From: Mizuhopecten yessoensis
Taxonomy: Eukaryota
NCBI RefSeq assembly: GCF_002113885.1
Contig: NW_018479971.1
Span: 90,790-154,789 of the forward strand
Direction: 5' to 3'
DNA length: 64,000 nucleotides
Below, one piece after another: positions 37,111 to 50,454 of this stretch (position 1 is the first letter of the stretch; every line of letters starts with the position of its first letter). The position numbers were made by a program, and so were the translations under genes. A model generated the notes under the pieces. The model was given only the letters and a program-made list of their open reading frames with translations. It had not been told where the DNA came from and searched no databases.

Positions 37111-39859
37111 TACGACGATACTGTTCGCTACTACTATAATGGTTTTCCTATTACATGTTACCTCGTCAAACGATACTGTGTACTACTAAGGTTACACAGA
37201 TGTACGTCAGACAGGTTTCTTTGTTTAAGTTTTTTTTTATCATAAGACATACACGTGATGGAATTAATCCTCTGATACTTACAATGCTGGTTTATCAAAC
37301 AATTGTATTCCATGTTACCTTAATATAAAATCAGTCCACTTTAGGTTTTATAGTCGTTATGATAGCAACTAGGTATTAACTTATGTTGATATACTGGTCA
37401 CCAACACACATGCCATAATATGAAACCTGTATAATTCTTTGGTACGGTAACGAAGTATCGTTATTAATTTTGATCAATAAAATCTTAAGTATAAATATAG
37501 ATGATTTCATTGAAGTTCAGGCCAATAAATGAAACGAATACTTGCTATAGATACGCTATACACAGCCTATTGTTCTAAAGAAAATCTAAATATATGATAA
37601 TGAGATCAACATTTAATAACAGAGTAAGGTTAAACTATAATGTCTTGCAAGCTTGTTATCATCGCCTAAAATTATATGCCCTAGTTACCGATTGAGTTTT
37701 CTCGTGTAAGATTTCTTTAAATACAAGACACTATTTTGATGGTAGTCGTCTATTATTCAGCTGAAACATTTCATTTATTGTTTACTATTAATTTTTAATT
37801 AATCGTTCACACAAATGTACCTAGTATATCATGCAGAATGTGTTTTGTACGTATATCCTCTATTTATTAACTAAGTGTTAAATAAAGGCTATACTAGTAT
37901 GCTATACTAGAGATGTGTTTCCAGATACAATTACAGTACATGTATATCAAAATATTTATTCTTTATTTTTATCATTTCAATTAATCTTGATAAGGCAAAT
38001 ACATGGTTGGGTGTAAATCAGGCGACATTTAAATGAAATTGAAGCAGGTGGTTCCGGATACTTGGTGTAATGTAATTCTGATTCGTCATGGTGAATCGCG
38101 TTTCTTCACTAATGTATCTATCCGTGATTACATGTATAAATGGTATGTTCGGATATATAACATCCGTAATATTCCCCGGCTAGTAAGAACATTCTAGACT
38201 AAAGTACAACACATTGTAAAATTAAGGATATTTTACGATCGTTTAGCTGTCCTAGCCAGGGCTTTTTTCATGTTGTCGATTTAACTAAAAATGCGCAACT
38301 ACCATCCCGAATACAACAACCAGGCAGTGTTTAATACTAGATGGTTCTTGATTATAAACATCCAAAGGCCGCTGTTTGGAGCATCGATATTGAAATTGGC
38401 ATAACCTTTGTATTAAATTTAACATTAAAGAACATGGCTGTAAATAAAGATATTTCTCAGAAAAAAAAATGTTTCAGAAAAAAAAACCAAAGAATATTTG
38501 GGAGGTTTTATGTTATTTACCCTAAAAACCGTGATCATTCGCATTTTTTTTTTAAATGAAAGTACAGTTCTGATCCAATTTAAAAAGTGATATCTTCAAA
38601 CTTTTAAAATATAAGTTATGATATATGCACCGTATAAAATGTATCATTATCAAGTTGATATAATTCTATATTTCACTAACGAAAATTCAAAAGTGTTGCT
38701 CGGCTAAGAATATTTATTATAAAAAGGGAAGCATGTCATTACTGTGAAATTTATTTAGGAGATAAACCGTTATATCTGCCATAAGATGCAAGGGGTCACA
38801 ATCAAGTACGTGTCCGTTTAAATGTAAAATTCACCAGCTTATTTTGATAGCGTGCCTTTCTGTACTAAAGGGGTTTTCGGTACAAGTATAATCTGTATGG
38901 TCCCGTGTACCTGGTATTATCATAGTTGTACAAAGGACAGGTCAGTACTTCATGATCAGATGCCGTGAGATATTTACTCTGCATTCCACTGTAATCTTCT
39001 GAACAGTCACGTGAACATAGATGATATTAATCAAACTGGTACACTGAAACAAAAATCGTAAAATATTGAATACCATTAATTCAACAATGACATTATCAGC
39101 AGTGGTTTTTTTATTGACATCAAACAAAATTAATAATAATAAAGCTCTGTTTTGATATGTTTAATACATGAGCTATTTTTGTTAATTTGTCCTATATGCG
39201 TCGCTCAATAGATAAAATTGTTTTTTTTTGTGTGCTTTTTATAATATAATTCCATTTCATATTGTGATTTTTGTACATATGATAAATGTAAACAATGCTA
39301 TATAACTAACGCAACACAATGCTTTAAAACGTACACAATTCTTAAATTCTATGAAGTACCTTATAAGGAAAGGCTGAGCATCACATTTAAAACTTAATTT
39401 AATGTTTTTAAGAACATTTTAGGACGGTAATATGATGTTATGTTTGTGACGCATGGAACTGAAATAAACTACTATAGATTGATTGATTGATTGATTGATT
39501 AATTGATAAGATAAGCGTTTACCTAGCTTTTAACTTTCGGGTTTAACTTATTGGTATCATGGTACATTGTACATATACGAAGGATATTATTGTATGCAAG
39601 AAAAATATTAAGTGTAATCGTCATAGTTACTGTCGGTACTTGGAAAAAGGCAAATGTATGTAGAATTACCCTACATATAGGTTTTAGAAACGATTTTAAT
39701 TGTTTTTCTTCTTGAAAAATCTTTATTGTGTATAGGAAATATAAGTTTTGTTGTTATGTTAATTTCTAGGATCATAATTGGACACTTCTCTTGTGAGCCA
39801 TGTATTCCTCATGTTGTTTCTGTTTCACGCTGGTACTAGAATTATTACTCCTCAACACG

Positions 39860-40260
39860 TTTAACCTGGGCAGTATTACCTCTTCAAACCATTCAAGCGG
39901 GCACTATTCCAAGTCAAACTGTATCTAGAGGGCAATATTTCCCCGTCTATTTGTTTCCCGGGGGCACTATTCCCCGTCAATATGTTTCCAGGGGGCGCTA
40001 TTCCCCGTCAATTTGTTTACCGATGGCACTATCCCCCGTAAATCTGTTGTCAGAGGGCAAGATTTCCCGTCAATCTGTTTCCCGGGGGCACTATTCCCCG
40101 TCAATATGTTTCCAGGGGGCGCTATTCCCCGTCAATCTGTTTCCCGGGGGCACTATTCTCCGTCAATATTTTTCCCGAGGGCAAGATTCCCCGTCAATCT
40201 GTTTCCAGAGGGCGTTATTCCCCCGTCAATTTGTTTCCTGATGGCGCTATTCCCCGTCAA
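39860..40260. repeat. 31-bp GC-richer minisatellite (~11 copies)
   Basis: (ggggcactattccccgtcaatctgtttccag)n. Confidence 0.9.
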
Positions 40261-43200
40261 AAAACCAGTATTGTTTACACTTTTATGATGATTTGTATAA
40301 AAGTATAACGTTTAAATTATTCTCTCATTTACATTTGATGTTCTTAGTTGCGGCTCTTTCCTAACAGTTTTCTGATGGTATTGATTTGGTAATAAAGGAC
40401 AATGCATGTTTAAAAGTTCACTTTGGTTTATGTTTCGGGTCATAATTAATCAAAGATTATTTCTAATGTACAGGTAAGCTGTACCGTTATCGTCCGTTAT
40501 TGCTTGTTTATGAGGAATGTTTATGATAAATAAGATATCATCAATATTGTTATTAAGACCTGAACATATTTTCATAGCATATCTACGGAGAGAATACTCG
40601 TGTGTGTGTATAAAATAGGGTCATTCATCGCTTGTTAGTACATACCTGACGACCTCATATCTCTAGTCCAATTCAAAGTTCTTGACACCGTGTTGTATCA
40701 GATAATCCGTAAGGTCTAAGATTATGTTGTGATTAGTTAAGAAAATATCTAAATATTTGAAATGATAATGACGTCATAGGCATGGCGTGACTGATAACCT
40801 GCTTAACTTGACGCATTTTTTCATCGGACGATCTAAACAGAGTTATACGACAAAAGAAAAATGTTAAATTGTTTAAGATACATTTCAATCAAAGTTAATT
40901 GAAATGTATAGGAAACCCGAGCGAGTGCAACCTGCTACGTCAAAGGAACACACAAGGGTGTTATTGATTTTACTACATACACATTTTTTGCATATTAAAT
41001 GTATCTATTGAACATAATTCGTTATATTTACATTTGCTCTGCATTGCCACTATATAGCACAACAAATGCCACTTCCATGTTATGAGACCATAACGCAGGC
41101 GTAGTGATATCTCAACTGGTCCGATTCACCACCGGATCGCTATTCCCCTCCGCACTAGCAAGCAGATAGGCAAAAACACCCGCTATGTTTCATTAATATT
41201 CACCGTGTTATGTAAGACTATTATGAAATGTCAATTTAATATATTGATTTGGGCTGTTCTATCTCTTGAACAAACACCGTGAAAGTAGAATTTAAAAGCG
41301 CGTTGTGAACTTAGACATGAAAATTAAACACATGAAAAATGTAAATATAAACATAAAACAGCAGTTCCGTGTTATGGCCCTATGACACCCCCTGTTCCAT
41401 GCTATATGACCATAACACGGGACAGAATACAGTTTAATGCTTCAGTAACACCGTGTTCAATCTGTTTGCCGAAATCGTAAACCAAACAGCAATGATGGAC
41501 ACAATGACGTCGACGACTTTTAAAATAGTGACGTCACAATGCCACGTCTGTATTCGAGGATTCACCAGGTATGCAAAAATGACTGAAACCGATTGTTTTC
41601 GATAAAAAAACCCACACATTTTTGTTTTAAAAAACCTCTTAAGGGGTATTGTGACTGTAGAAAATTCAGCTAAAACCAAACTCGATGGAAATATGCAATT
41701 CAAGATGGCAGCAAATGACGTCATACTGAACTGTTTTTTTGAGTAAGGGAATTTTGGTTTACCAATATTTTTTGTATATGTACATTTTACATGTTAATTT
41801 TAAACACAACCATTAAATTGATTCAAGTTTTGAAACAGCAAATAGACCACCAAGAACTACAGAAAAAAAGACCAACTAAAATAGATGTCCTAATTGTCCA
41901 AAAGTTGCATCGAACACAATATTAAAAAAATATGTTTAAAGATTGAAATCGCAATTTTTTAGTTAATTACAAATTAAGGCAGTATTAGTTTATAACCGAT
42001 TGCAATCTTGAATCTGTATTTGATTTTCATGCATCCTCCATTGTTGGCCATTTGGCCTCGTGTGAAGCTATCCATATTTCCAATAGTTGAACTATGCATC
42101 ATTTTCTACATAATGCATTTTGAAATATCATAAACAATCGTAAAAAGCAATTATTCATTTTTTTCTGTTTGTTACTACCTACTTGAAATGGGGTTTTTTG
42201 GGGGTTTTTTTAAATATGTTTTAAAAAAAAATTATGGCCAAATTTAAATTTTGTGCTATCTTGACTAAAAGCTTCTGACCAGAAGCTAAAACGATTTTGA
42301 ACAACATTAATTTTTTGTCATTTTTTTTTCCATATTTGTATTTCCGAACAATAAATGATTAAGCCAGAAAAGTCGTTATTAAATGGACGTTTTCTTACAT
42401 TAAATTAAAAGCGAAACGGTCGAACACATTTTGTAAAATACCATTTCCCTACATTCTTTACTGATGAGTTATGAGGAACATTTCATTGGTTTAAATATGA
42501 ACCTCCTGTTATCCTTATTTATGTAAAGGATCATAATAGTAGTTAAAATATATGACTGCCATAATATTAAGTAATCGGACAAAACACAAAAAATACCCGT
42601 TATTGTGGTTCAAAATCAATTTTAGGATTATTATTGATTTTTTGGACGTGATGACGCTGTATTAAACATATATACATGTATTACATATATGTATTTTACG
42701 GTTAGTAACATTTTGAAATGTTTGAAAACCGGTATACCTCGGCGGTCTGACCGAGTGCACGTGTTGACCACTGCAATCCTGATAATCAACCGTATATATG
42801 CTTAGCGTTATTTTTATTTCTGAAAACGCAATTAATATAACAACGCTAACGGCTCCCATCTTTAATTCCTCATTGGACATTATCATTATTTTTTCATCTT
42901 TCCAGCGTTTACTCCCTAATACATAAAACTAGACTTGTGTAGCCCAAGTTTTAATCCCTGTACTTTTTTAAAAGTAATAGGTAAAGACCTTGACACGTAT
43001 TACAGTACACATCATCCGCTGGGAGAAAGAGCACGTACTCTGTCAACTGGCCTACACTATGTATCTCACTATCAGGGTTAGTAGGCCAAATCAAAGGTAG
43101 AATCACTGGAATATCTAACCATACTTAAAGATGTTTTTCAAATAAAAACAAAGAGAACGATATTTGATAACAGAATAAAGGATATGTATTCTGTAAAGAT

Positions 43201-43920
43201 TAAAATATTTGATTAGGCAGATTTCACAGGTACATGTACAGTGAAACCTGTTTAATATGTCCCTTGATTAACTGACATCATGTCCAATCCGACGTGATTT
43301 TTCCTTCAATTTAACTTAAATGATATTTTTCAAAATATTATTTTGAGATCCTGTTGTATCTTTCCAACCTGTTAGGTCCCGTATTGTGCTATTATAGATA
43401 GGCCTTACAATTAACTATGAACTACATATTTTGTTTTACATACAGTATTATATCACTTATATTATTCAGAGCAGAAATTGTAACTCTTTTACCATTCCCA
43501 GTACGACCAAATTAGCTAGTCTTTGTACGTTTTTTGGTCACTATTTAACTCCAAGCGACTGTAATTTAACCAGACTGATAGATCTAATAAATTGAAAACG
43601 CATGAAGAATCAAGGAAATATGGTTGTCTCCCTTTTGTAGCCTAAAATGTGTGCACGTGCCGTTTTGAGTTTTGCTTATGTCACTGACCGAGTTTAAGTT
43701 GTTGTATGTATACATAATGAAATGATAGGTGGTATGTACGTCACTAATGTAAATAAGACATGACGGGACACAAATGACTATACAAGATAAGCGATAGAAT
43801 TACCGAACATTCTCTATCGATATCTGTTTTAGTTATTTAATACATGAATTTATTAAAAGCAGGTGACAATTTTCTCGTGCAAGAAGTTCACACTAATAAG
43901 TAGTTTCCATGTTAATAAAC

Positions 43921-45510
43921 TTAAGCATTTAACTGTTTTTGTCTGGCATTTTTGATCTATTTGAATGACACAGCTTTGCAAGCAAGCAAATCAGAATGCG
44001 CATTGAACTGTTTTTTTATGGCATTTATTTTTGCTTACAAAGCTGTGTCATTCAAATAGATCATAAATGCCACACAAAAACAGTTCAATACTTGTATTCA
44101 CATATTCTTAGCCTTTTTATGCTTTTTCTAACTTGCAAGTTACAACTTTTTTTTTTTTTGAATTCCCGCCTTATCGCGGTCAAAGCGTGTTGTAGCGTGT
44201 TGATATGCAAACAAAGTAATAAATTGAAAATTAAACAAATACTTGAATTGTATTCCACAATTCCTTATCAGTACAACAGCGTATGATAGGTCGATAGAGT
44301 GATTTAAGTTGCTGATAGAAATCTGAGCTGAAATTTAGATGTAACATTGTTGTGATTTTTACCCCATGGATAAATGCAGTCAACACCGTAATCCGACCTT
44401 GTCCTCCACGACGGTGTTATTTTTGGAAGTTGAATGCGCAGAGAGAACAGTTCGAAAAGTTCGAGTTTGCGATGATTCCAGGCATGAATTTGTTTGTTGA
44501 TTGCCTGGAAACCTTACTACAGTTGGGAGATGCTACAACAGCCTCGTTATTTGACATGTCGTCAGAAACTGAGGAAACCGTGGCTGATGAACGCATTTAG
44601 TTTAAGCAGATTTTGTGGCATATTAAAACAAAAGGCGCAAGTTATCATAACTTATTTATGCCTTTTCACGATTCAATTATAAAACAATGCATGATAATGC
44701 AATAGTCTAGCTGTAAAAATACTTAACAAATTGTATGGAGGGTAAAAGGATGAATGCATGATAGAGTTTGAAGTGTGCATGGTGACCTTGCGACAGCGTA
44801 GGACAACTCAGAATGAAATAAAAAGGGGAGTGTGCCACTCAGTGGTTCCTATTGTGATGTTGACACGTTTCTGTTACATGACCGGGTTGATGATTCGTTT
44901 TTCTGATTAGACATAAACATGATGTGCCTTATCGTTTTCTCAAAATTAAGGTCTTTCAAATATTATACGATTCTGGATGAGCTTGTATTCGTGTCGATTG
45001 GTTTGAAACCAATGTCTGTCAATTCTAGTTGTAAAAGTTTTATCCACGCAAGATGAGAATCCATCACCAAAAAAAGTCGTCAAATCCAAGGAAAAACTTG
45101 GAAGATCGTTTGATTTTGTCATGGTTAAATCAGTGCAGTGTAACAGACGAATTAACTGTATTAGTGTTCAAATTAGATAAACTGTATTAGTGTTCAAATT
45201 GTTTTCATTAGTTACGTATTTCAACCGATGTGCATTTTGTACGATATTGCAGATTTTTGTCTGTTCTGCTGTTGTAATAAAAGTGGGTTTTTTGTGAAAT
45301 GTTCTCGGGTCTTTTTACACATTTACATTTACACTATCAAGTCTCACAATGCCCTGTAATATTTCAGCAGCCGCCGTGTTTGTTTACATTGTATATTGTA
45401 GTCCCGGTCTGTGTTGTATTACTACGCTAAGAATTGTGTCCTGTGGTGCATGGCATATAGAGTCCCATCTCTAGTGACAACGTGAAAAAATCCTAGTGCG
45501 TATTTTAAAT
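43921..45510. mobile_element. Second, longer copy of the hairpin-ended non-autonomous element
   Basis: Shares the left hairpin, the gaaatctgagctgaaa block, the tatttgacatgtcgtcagaaactga block and the right block (tacgctaagaattgtgtc...agtcccatc) with 13633-14883. The central part differs. Confidence 0.75.
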
Positions 45511-46508
45511 AAGACCAACATTTCAAATACAAAACATAACAAAACATTGTTTTTTGAAAATAATATTTTTATTATAATACGTCGGGTTCTTGGTCGGTCG
45601 GTTAGTCGGTTGGTATCCAACTGGTGCTATCCCTCAGTTATGGAATCAACCCGGCATGTATGCAGGAATTTCCTAGCAAATCCAACCAGCCTGCGTGCCC
45701 GGATGCTAATCTGGAGGTAGAGTTGGTTCTCCCTTGCACTATTCGCATTGATTGAATCACAAGTCTCAGGCAGAGCAAATTTGCAAAATACGCCTATATT
45801 ATGCAATATAGCATATATAATCCAACTGTTTAAATGAGGCGATCTACATAGCTTGTTGTGCATCACACCAGAAATATAAAAAAAGAACAGTCTAATTTGA
45901 ATGAATCAATTTCCCAGTCACCTGGTATAATATAAGCCTATGGACACAACGGTAGACACGAAAACACACTTTCACTACATTTTACGTAGTAGAATAGATA
46001 TAATCCACATATGGTTGTATATTAAGGTAGATTATATAAATCAAAATTTGAAAAAAGTTGGAAAAATAATGCTTTTTCGCATTTACAATACGGGAAAGTT
46101 TTAGAAGAGTGTTGCACGTGCCTTGTTTGTTGGAAAATAATACATGAACGGGCATGCGTTTCCGTTTAATAATACACGTACATGGTGATTAACCAATGAT
46201 AACCGTTGTTACATTACCGACGTGGTAGACTTGTCAATATCTAATCACTATTATAAGTAATAATCTGAGTTATATTATTGCAAACCTTTTAGTAAACCTT
46301 TTATTTACATGTGTCATCGATTAATTCCGGTTCCAACTGCCATATATACAAAAATACTTTCTTTTTCCACATGAATATGAAATACTCCTCAAAGCACTCA
46401 AGTCGTCATGTATAAACTAAGCGGGTAATGGTCGTCACTTCTGTAGGGCTCATTTACTGGACATTGCCTTGGACGTGGTCAGAATACTTACGTTTGGTCA
46501 AAATGCGC

Positions 46509-46742
46509 CAGGGCCGCTGTGGCCAAATGCACGTGGTTATGGCGTCTGGCATTCTGCTACCACTAGCCCTCCACCTCTGGGTCGCGGGTTCGAGACCTAC
46601 GTAGGGCAATCGTCAGGTACTGGCCGTAGGTCGGTGTTTTTTTCTCCGGGAACTCCGGCTTTACTCCACCACCAAAACCTGACACGTCCTTAAATGACCA
46701 TAGCTGTTAATAGGACGTAAAACACATACAAACAAACAAATC
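46509..46742 (+). mobile_element. tRNA-derived SINE (V/Meta-type central domain)
   Basis: Box A-like tggccaaatg..gg, box B gggttcgagacc, central ttttctccgggaactccggctttactccacc, and tail taaatgaccatagctgttaataggacgtaaaac(aaac)n. Confidence 0.8.
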
Positions 46743-47044
46743 AACACACGCTACTTATGTATCTGCACAGTGACTGGACCTTTAGCACAGATCATTGACT
46801 TATTTACTAATACCAGTGTAGGTACATGTATCCTTTAACGATCATTGCCTCTAATGCTGAATTATAATATACTATTTATACTAAATATTTGCTTGTATAT
46901 ATTTTTGGTATGAAATTAGCTACTGTTCTGAAATTCTGCAGAGAAATTTTTACAAAATTGCAAAAATAAAATATTGCATAAAGTATCAATTAACTGTACA
47001 AAGTAATTTTAGAATTATCGTAAAATTATATAGATATTGCTTCG

Positions 47045-47180
47045 GTTTGGCTTGGCTTAGTGTTGTTTAGCGTCCTATCAACAGCTATGGTCATTCAAGG
47101 ACGGCCTCCCCTGTGTGCAAGATGCATGTGGAGGCTGCGATATGTTCTTGTTTGTCTCCTTGTGATAGCGCGGAACCAGG
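47045..47180 (-). mobile_element. SINE 3' fragment with the same tail as 46509-46742
   Basis: gtttagcgtcctatcaacagctatggtcattcaagg is the reverse complement of that tail. Confidence 0.6.
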
Positions 47181-48117
47181 TTTCTAAGTAAGAAAACCCC
47201 TTGGTGAGTTAGTTTTAATTTATATCCTCAATATGTTAAATGTACAATATGATGGTTAAGCATTACCTAAATTTGTATTAACGCATTCTCCTCTGAAATT
47301 TCAAAAAAAAAACTATTCCAAATTTTGAATCGGAAGAGTTCAAATGTGTCTGTAGGGGTAAATGAGTTGATGACGGACAATGCAGTGATCATATGTCTTA
47401 AGTGAGGAATTTACCAGTAAAAGTAAAAAGGTTTTTTCATTTTTTTATTTTGACGAATAAAAACTATTGTCTAAAATTCAGACGGTTTATTTTCTTTTCT
47501 TTTCTTTACAACAGACAAAATATTTCTACTTTCCTTGTTCAAGTAAATAGGAATTTTACAACTCGATCGGATGCATATTATTCGCTCTAAATATAGAAAT
47601 ATGCACTTCATTTGATGAGATATAACTGGTTTGCATTTATTATCATCAATACCTTGTGTATGTGATAAACACAACTGTAGGTAATACAGTATCGTATATT
47701 GGTACATGCTAAGCTGGTTGGTCAAGGATTCTCTCGAGCATGCTATTTATACAGTAAATAAAGGAGATAAAATGGCCTAGATAACTTGACCAGTACACCT
47801 TATCGCATTGTAATAGTACATTTGGCCACCACATACGACCTTCTGGCCATATTAAAAGTGCATGTGTACTTAAACCTTGTTCATCACTCTTATCAAAAGG
47901 TTATTACATTTCGTTCATTGTGCTGATCTTATCCGAACTCAGCTCCATCCAGAAAACTGTATTATCTTTCTTATCTCCAGTAATGAACAAAACAAATTGA
48001 CAGAATCATAAATTTAATATTATACAAAGGCAATAACATACAATACATGAATGATTCATTTACCTTAAAGTAAGGTATTACGGAACATATTTAAATAATT
48101 TACATAATCGAAGTGGA

Positions 48118-48330
48118 TGGTCGGATGGCGCAATAGATAGCACACTCGCCTTTCACCAAGGCGACCGGAGTAAGATTCCTCAACGCACGTGAACAAGTAT
48201 GCATGGGGTCACCCGCCCGAATACGCTGGTTTTCTCCATGTAATCCAGTTTCCTCCCACATTAAGACCCCCTGCGCGCTTACATCCTGGCCTGCAAGAGT
48301 GTTTGATAAAACGTTATGTAACTTGTTTCA
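48118..48330 (+). mobile_element. tRNA-derived SINE, degenerate
   Basis: gatggcgcaatagatagcacactcgcctttcaccaaggcgaccgg head and ggttttctcc...gtttcctcccaca domain. Confidence 0.65.
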
Positions 48331-49649
48331 TTATACTGTTGTAAAATAAATAAAATTTACAGTAATTATCGAAGTACGGGTATTTGTTTTGGCGATATAA
48401 ATGAAATGCACATTTACAAGACTATCTTTGTTGTTATATAGAACATATATCGATGTAATCAAAACATTTTCGAATCCATAATGATTTTTCTTTATAATAC
48501 ACGTTTTAACAATAACATTATTGTACACAGTACTAATTGAAGATTGGCGAAAGTCCTTTCACTTAGTAACGTTATATACCTTTTTCATCGCATATCCGGA
48601 TCCATAACTGACAGATTGAAATCCGAGTGCCCATGCACATTAACACCAAACTCCAATCTTCCACATGCACTTTACATGTATACCTGTATGCATGTAATGT
48701 TATATGATTTTCAACATTTATAGATTCCATATTTATGACACAAAGTCTCAGTGGATATATTTTCTGATATTCACGACCAACTTTCCAGCAAGAATGTGGA
48801 GTAAATTTATGATGAATCATCTTAAAATTTACTGTGGTTATAAATTTTCAAATATCTTTACTTGTTACGTTTCTTCCACTGTATTTAAGAAGGAGATTAA
48901 CAGACACATGCGAGACGCCAACATTCTTTACAGGAACCATATATAATAAGTTCGGTTTTAGGCAGATAACCCTGCCTGCTGTAAGTGTAATTTTGTTACC
49001 AAGCTATAGTCATCAGTTTCATTACGTCAAGTTTATTCAATGTCTACGATGTGATCGTTTACTTTATTCCGAACTGTTCTGTTAAACAGATCATGTTATT
49101 TATAGTTTTATTGGATATTACATTTTATATGATTCCGCGACGCTTGCAATCATTCATATCGATAGATATTTACTATAGTTTTCCTAACTTCATTAAATGG
49201 AGCTTTAATGTTTGAGGCACCAACTTCCTTCTTGCTCATTGCTTCCTGCAGCTTTTTATTGGCCGTCCCTATAGTTTATATCAACAAGGTTCAATGTTCA
49301 GATCGCTATGGTTGTTGACAATTATAAAATTGTAAATCAATGTCGTGTTGCAGCAGGCTAACTGTACATTGTAATTTGTTAGTGGGTACATGTAAATTAC
49401 CTTTTGCCTTAAAGCAGTGCACTGAACATCCAGTGCGGTTATTAACTTCTAATAAATTTCATTCCTTTATAAAAAAAAAAATGAGTTTTTCTTTAATTAA
49501 TTTATTTATTTATTTATTTATTTGCAAATTCGTCAACGTTTAATTCTTTAAATGTTTCTGTCCTTTCAATATCATTCAATTCATCACAAAACATCTAATA
49601 ATGATATATAATATAATCTGCGCCATTGAGATTAAATTCCACAAAATAG

Positions 49650-49870
49650 TAGTCTCGTTCAACCAGACGCTTCATCACATGTAATTCAAGTGTCTCTCTG
49701 TTCGGCGTAGCTTGCACAGGCAACAAGAGTCTGGTTGAACGAGAGTACACACAAAACACTCACTTACAACAGTAGTCTCGCTCAACCAGACGCTTGATCA
49801 CTTGTAATTCAAGAGTCTCTCTGTTCGGCGTAGCTTGCGTAGGCAACAAGAGTCTGGTTGAACGAGACTA
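49650..49870. mobile_element. Two adjacent ~98-bp TAG...CTA MITEs (49650-49747, 49773-49870); the second has a perfect 9-bp TSD
   Basis: TIR tagtctcgttcaaccagac / gtctggttgaacgagacta; TSD ttacaacag at 49764-49772 and 49871-49879; a solo right end also occurs at 16684-16703. Confidence 0.85.
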
Positions 49871-50454
49871 TTACAACAGCGGATACAGGAGAGAGAACAG
49901 AAACCATTACATAAATGAACTCGGTGCCGGACTGGGAGTTCCGGAATCCGACATAACACACATAAACACATGACAACTATCTGTTGGCGCAGTTTTAATC
50001 CTTGCGATTTGATTGACATCTAAAAGGTATTAACAGTACCAATACCAGACATCAGCTGATTCACAAACAATGACTTTTTATCATATCTACATATAGAGGG
50101 AGTATATGAGTACCTTGTAAATTAAGAAAACTTAAATTGTATCAACAAGGCGAGATTATTGTATCTGATTCGTTAGATTATTACAGTGACACGACCAGAG
50201 TCAATACCGAAGGTCATTGACTTTTATCAAAATCACATATACGTATTATACCATAAGTTTAACAGTAAGTGATAATATCTATAGCGTACTTAATCCAAAG
50301 TTCATTTCCTGCAATGTAGTGATCTAAAAATGTGCCAAATATAGTAAATGTATTAGTTGTTGTGTATTCGATACATGAGCATTAATGTAATCGATTTCAA
50401 ATTACAATAATATGTTATATTTTCATACTCGACAAATGCTATGGCTGTATTGTA

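Noticed and set aside
39951-40288. ORFs in the 31-bp repeat (likewise 18598-19566 and 25827-26054)
   Set aside because: They are repeat-derived, with no coding signature.
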